A stretch of 64,000 nucleotides of DNA, taken from the IMG/VR virus record IMGVR_UViG_3300037071_003688, one strand, 5' to 3'. The notes under the pieces were generated by a model, which searched no databases, was not told the origin of the DNA, and worked only from the letters and a program-made list of their open reading frames with translations. Each line of letters opens with the position of its first letter. Position 1 is the first letter of the stretch. Below, piece by piece: positions 63,038-64,000 of this stretch. Position numbers and translations under genes: made by a program. The DNA comes from a virus.

Positions 63038-63973
63038 ATGTGGGGTCTTCGGGTCCAGGCACAACCGATCCAGGGTGAGGTCCCCCCGCACAACCTGCTC
63101 GCCGCCGCATGGCCCGGCCAGGTTGATCCGGACTGGGCGAACATCCCCGGCATCGGCGAGAACTGGCAGGAGGCATGGCGCGGCGGTGTGAAGTGGCGCC
63201 CCACCGGCTGCATCGGAGCGTTCGCTTGGGATCCGAACTGCGCCGACTTCCCGAAGGCTGACAAGTCGACGCCGCCCACCATCCCGGCGATGTTGGAAAC
63301 CGACACGTTCGTGATCGAAACGTCGGTGGGTTGCACGCTCGTCGGCAACGCCAACGGCTCGGCCACCGACGCGTACCGCCAGATCGCGTTGATGCAGTTG
63401 GATCTCGGCACACCCAAGGCGCTCGAAACCCAGTTCTGGACCGGGACGCTCGGCTCACGGATGCAGTCCCTCGACTCGTCGGCGACCGAGATCACCGGCC
63501 TCACGTCGGCGGCGACGATCGTCACCGGCTCCACCATCTTCGACCGCCAGGTCGGCCTGGCGATGGCCGAGAAGCAACTCGCCGGATGCGGCGCCGGGAC
63601 GAAGGGCATGATCCACGCACCATCGTGGCTCGTGACGCTCTGGATCGGTGATGGCATCGTGATCGAGAAGGACGGCTACCTCGTGACCGCAGGCCGCGAG
63701 GATCGCGTCGTCGCCGGATCCGGCTACCCGGGCACCGGCCCGAGCGGAGTCGCCGCGGTCACGGGTCTCGACACGTGGATCTTCGCCACCGGCCCGGTCG
63801 AGGTCTACATTGACGAAGGCGTGATCATCGGCGAGACGATCGCCGAGTCGTTCAACCGGACCACGAACTACGTCGAGTTCCGCGCCGAACGCCAGGCGCT
63901 CGTCCGCTTCGATCCGTGCTGCCATTCGGCGGTCCTGCTCAACGCTTCCACGAACAGTGGTGGCGGCGGCTGA
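63038..63973 (+). CDS. virion structural protein downstream of the MCP (minor capsid or decoration-like)
   Basis: position; W..GV, E..FW, G.IHA, G.GY.G, ATGPV, N....AER....FDPC motifs. Confidence 0.65.
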   Translation: MWGLRVQAQPIQGEVPPHNLLAAAWPGQVDPDWANIPGIGENWQEAWRGGVKWRPTGCIGAFAWDPNCADFPKADKSTPPTIPAMLETDTFVIETSVGCTLVGNANGSATDAYRQIALMQLDLGTPKALETQFWTGTLGSRMQSLDSSATEITGLTSAATIVTGSTIFDRQVGLAMAEKQLAGCGAGTKGMIHAPSWLVTLWIGDGIVIEKDGYLVTAGREDRVVAGSGYPGTGPSGVAAVTGLDTWIFATGPVEVYIDEGVIIGETIAESFNRTTNYVEFRAERQALVRFDPCCHSAVLLNASTNSGGGG

Positions 63974-64000
63974 TGCCGCGCTGGGGCCAGTTCGTGATTT

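Noticed and set aside
1-64000. Terminase, integrase, polymerase or tail genes
   Set aside because: No supporting motifs seen in this window; lifestyle and packaging mode cannot be called.

Overview
This window is 64 kb of a large, high-GC tailed dsDNA phage; an actinobacterial host is inferred from promoter style, leaderless starts and the head proteins. It contains the 3' end of a TROVE/Ro60 gene, two islands of short early-type genes behind about 17 repeated sigma-70-like promoters, and a portal (14.7-16.8 kb). Four giant multi-domain polyproteins follow (16.8-32.6 kb), one containing a MuF minor-head domain. After them come a methyltransferase/glycosyltransferase cluster, 33 tRNA genes covering all 20 amino acids, several free-standing endonucleases, a 2H phosphoesterase, a double-domain prohead protease and the major capsid protein. 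The standout is a 16-aa tag, NPWHDE(I/V)G(R/Q/K)FAPKGTG, nearly always preceded by F-x and present 18 times in 5 ORFs. Each copy opens a module, most carrying a recognisable enzyme (CCA-adding enzyme, HNH, GNAT, ADP-ribosyltransferase, zincin, papain-like, ParB-like, RelA/SpoT-like). Modules are bounded by L-x-A-S-A-like sites also found in the protease and capsid protein, and several are followed by short cognate acidic peptides or overprinted small genes. I infer a modular, protease-processed virion cargo system with built-in inhibitors. Other oddities are a 23S rRNA H43/H44 mimic and a tRNA-like RNA in the tRNA array, a perfect host-type parS site, and PafBC-like promoter motifs. All calls come from reading motifs by eye; no searches were run.
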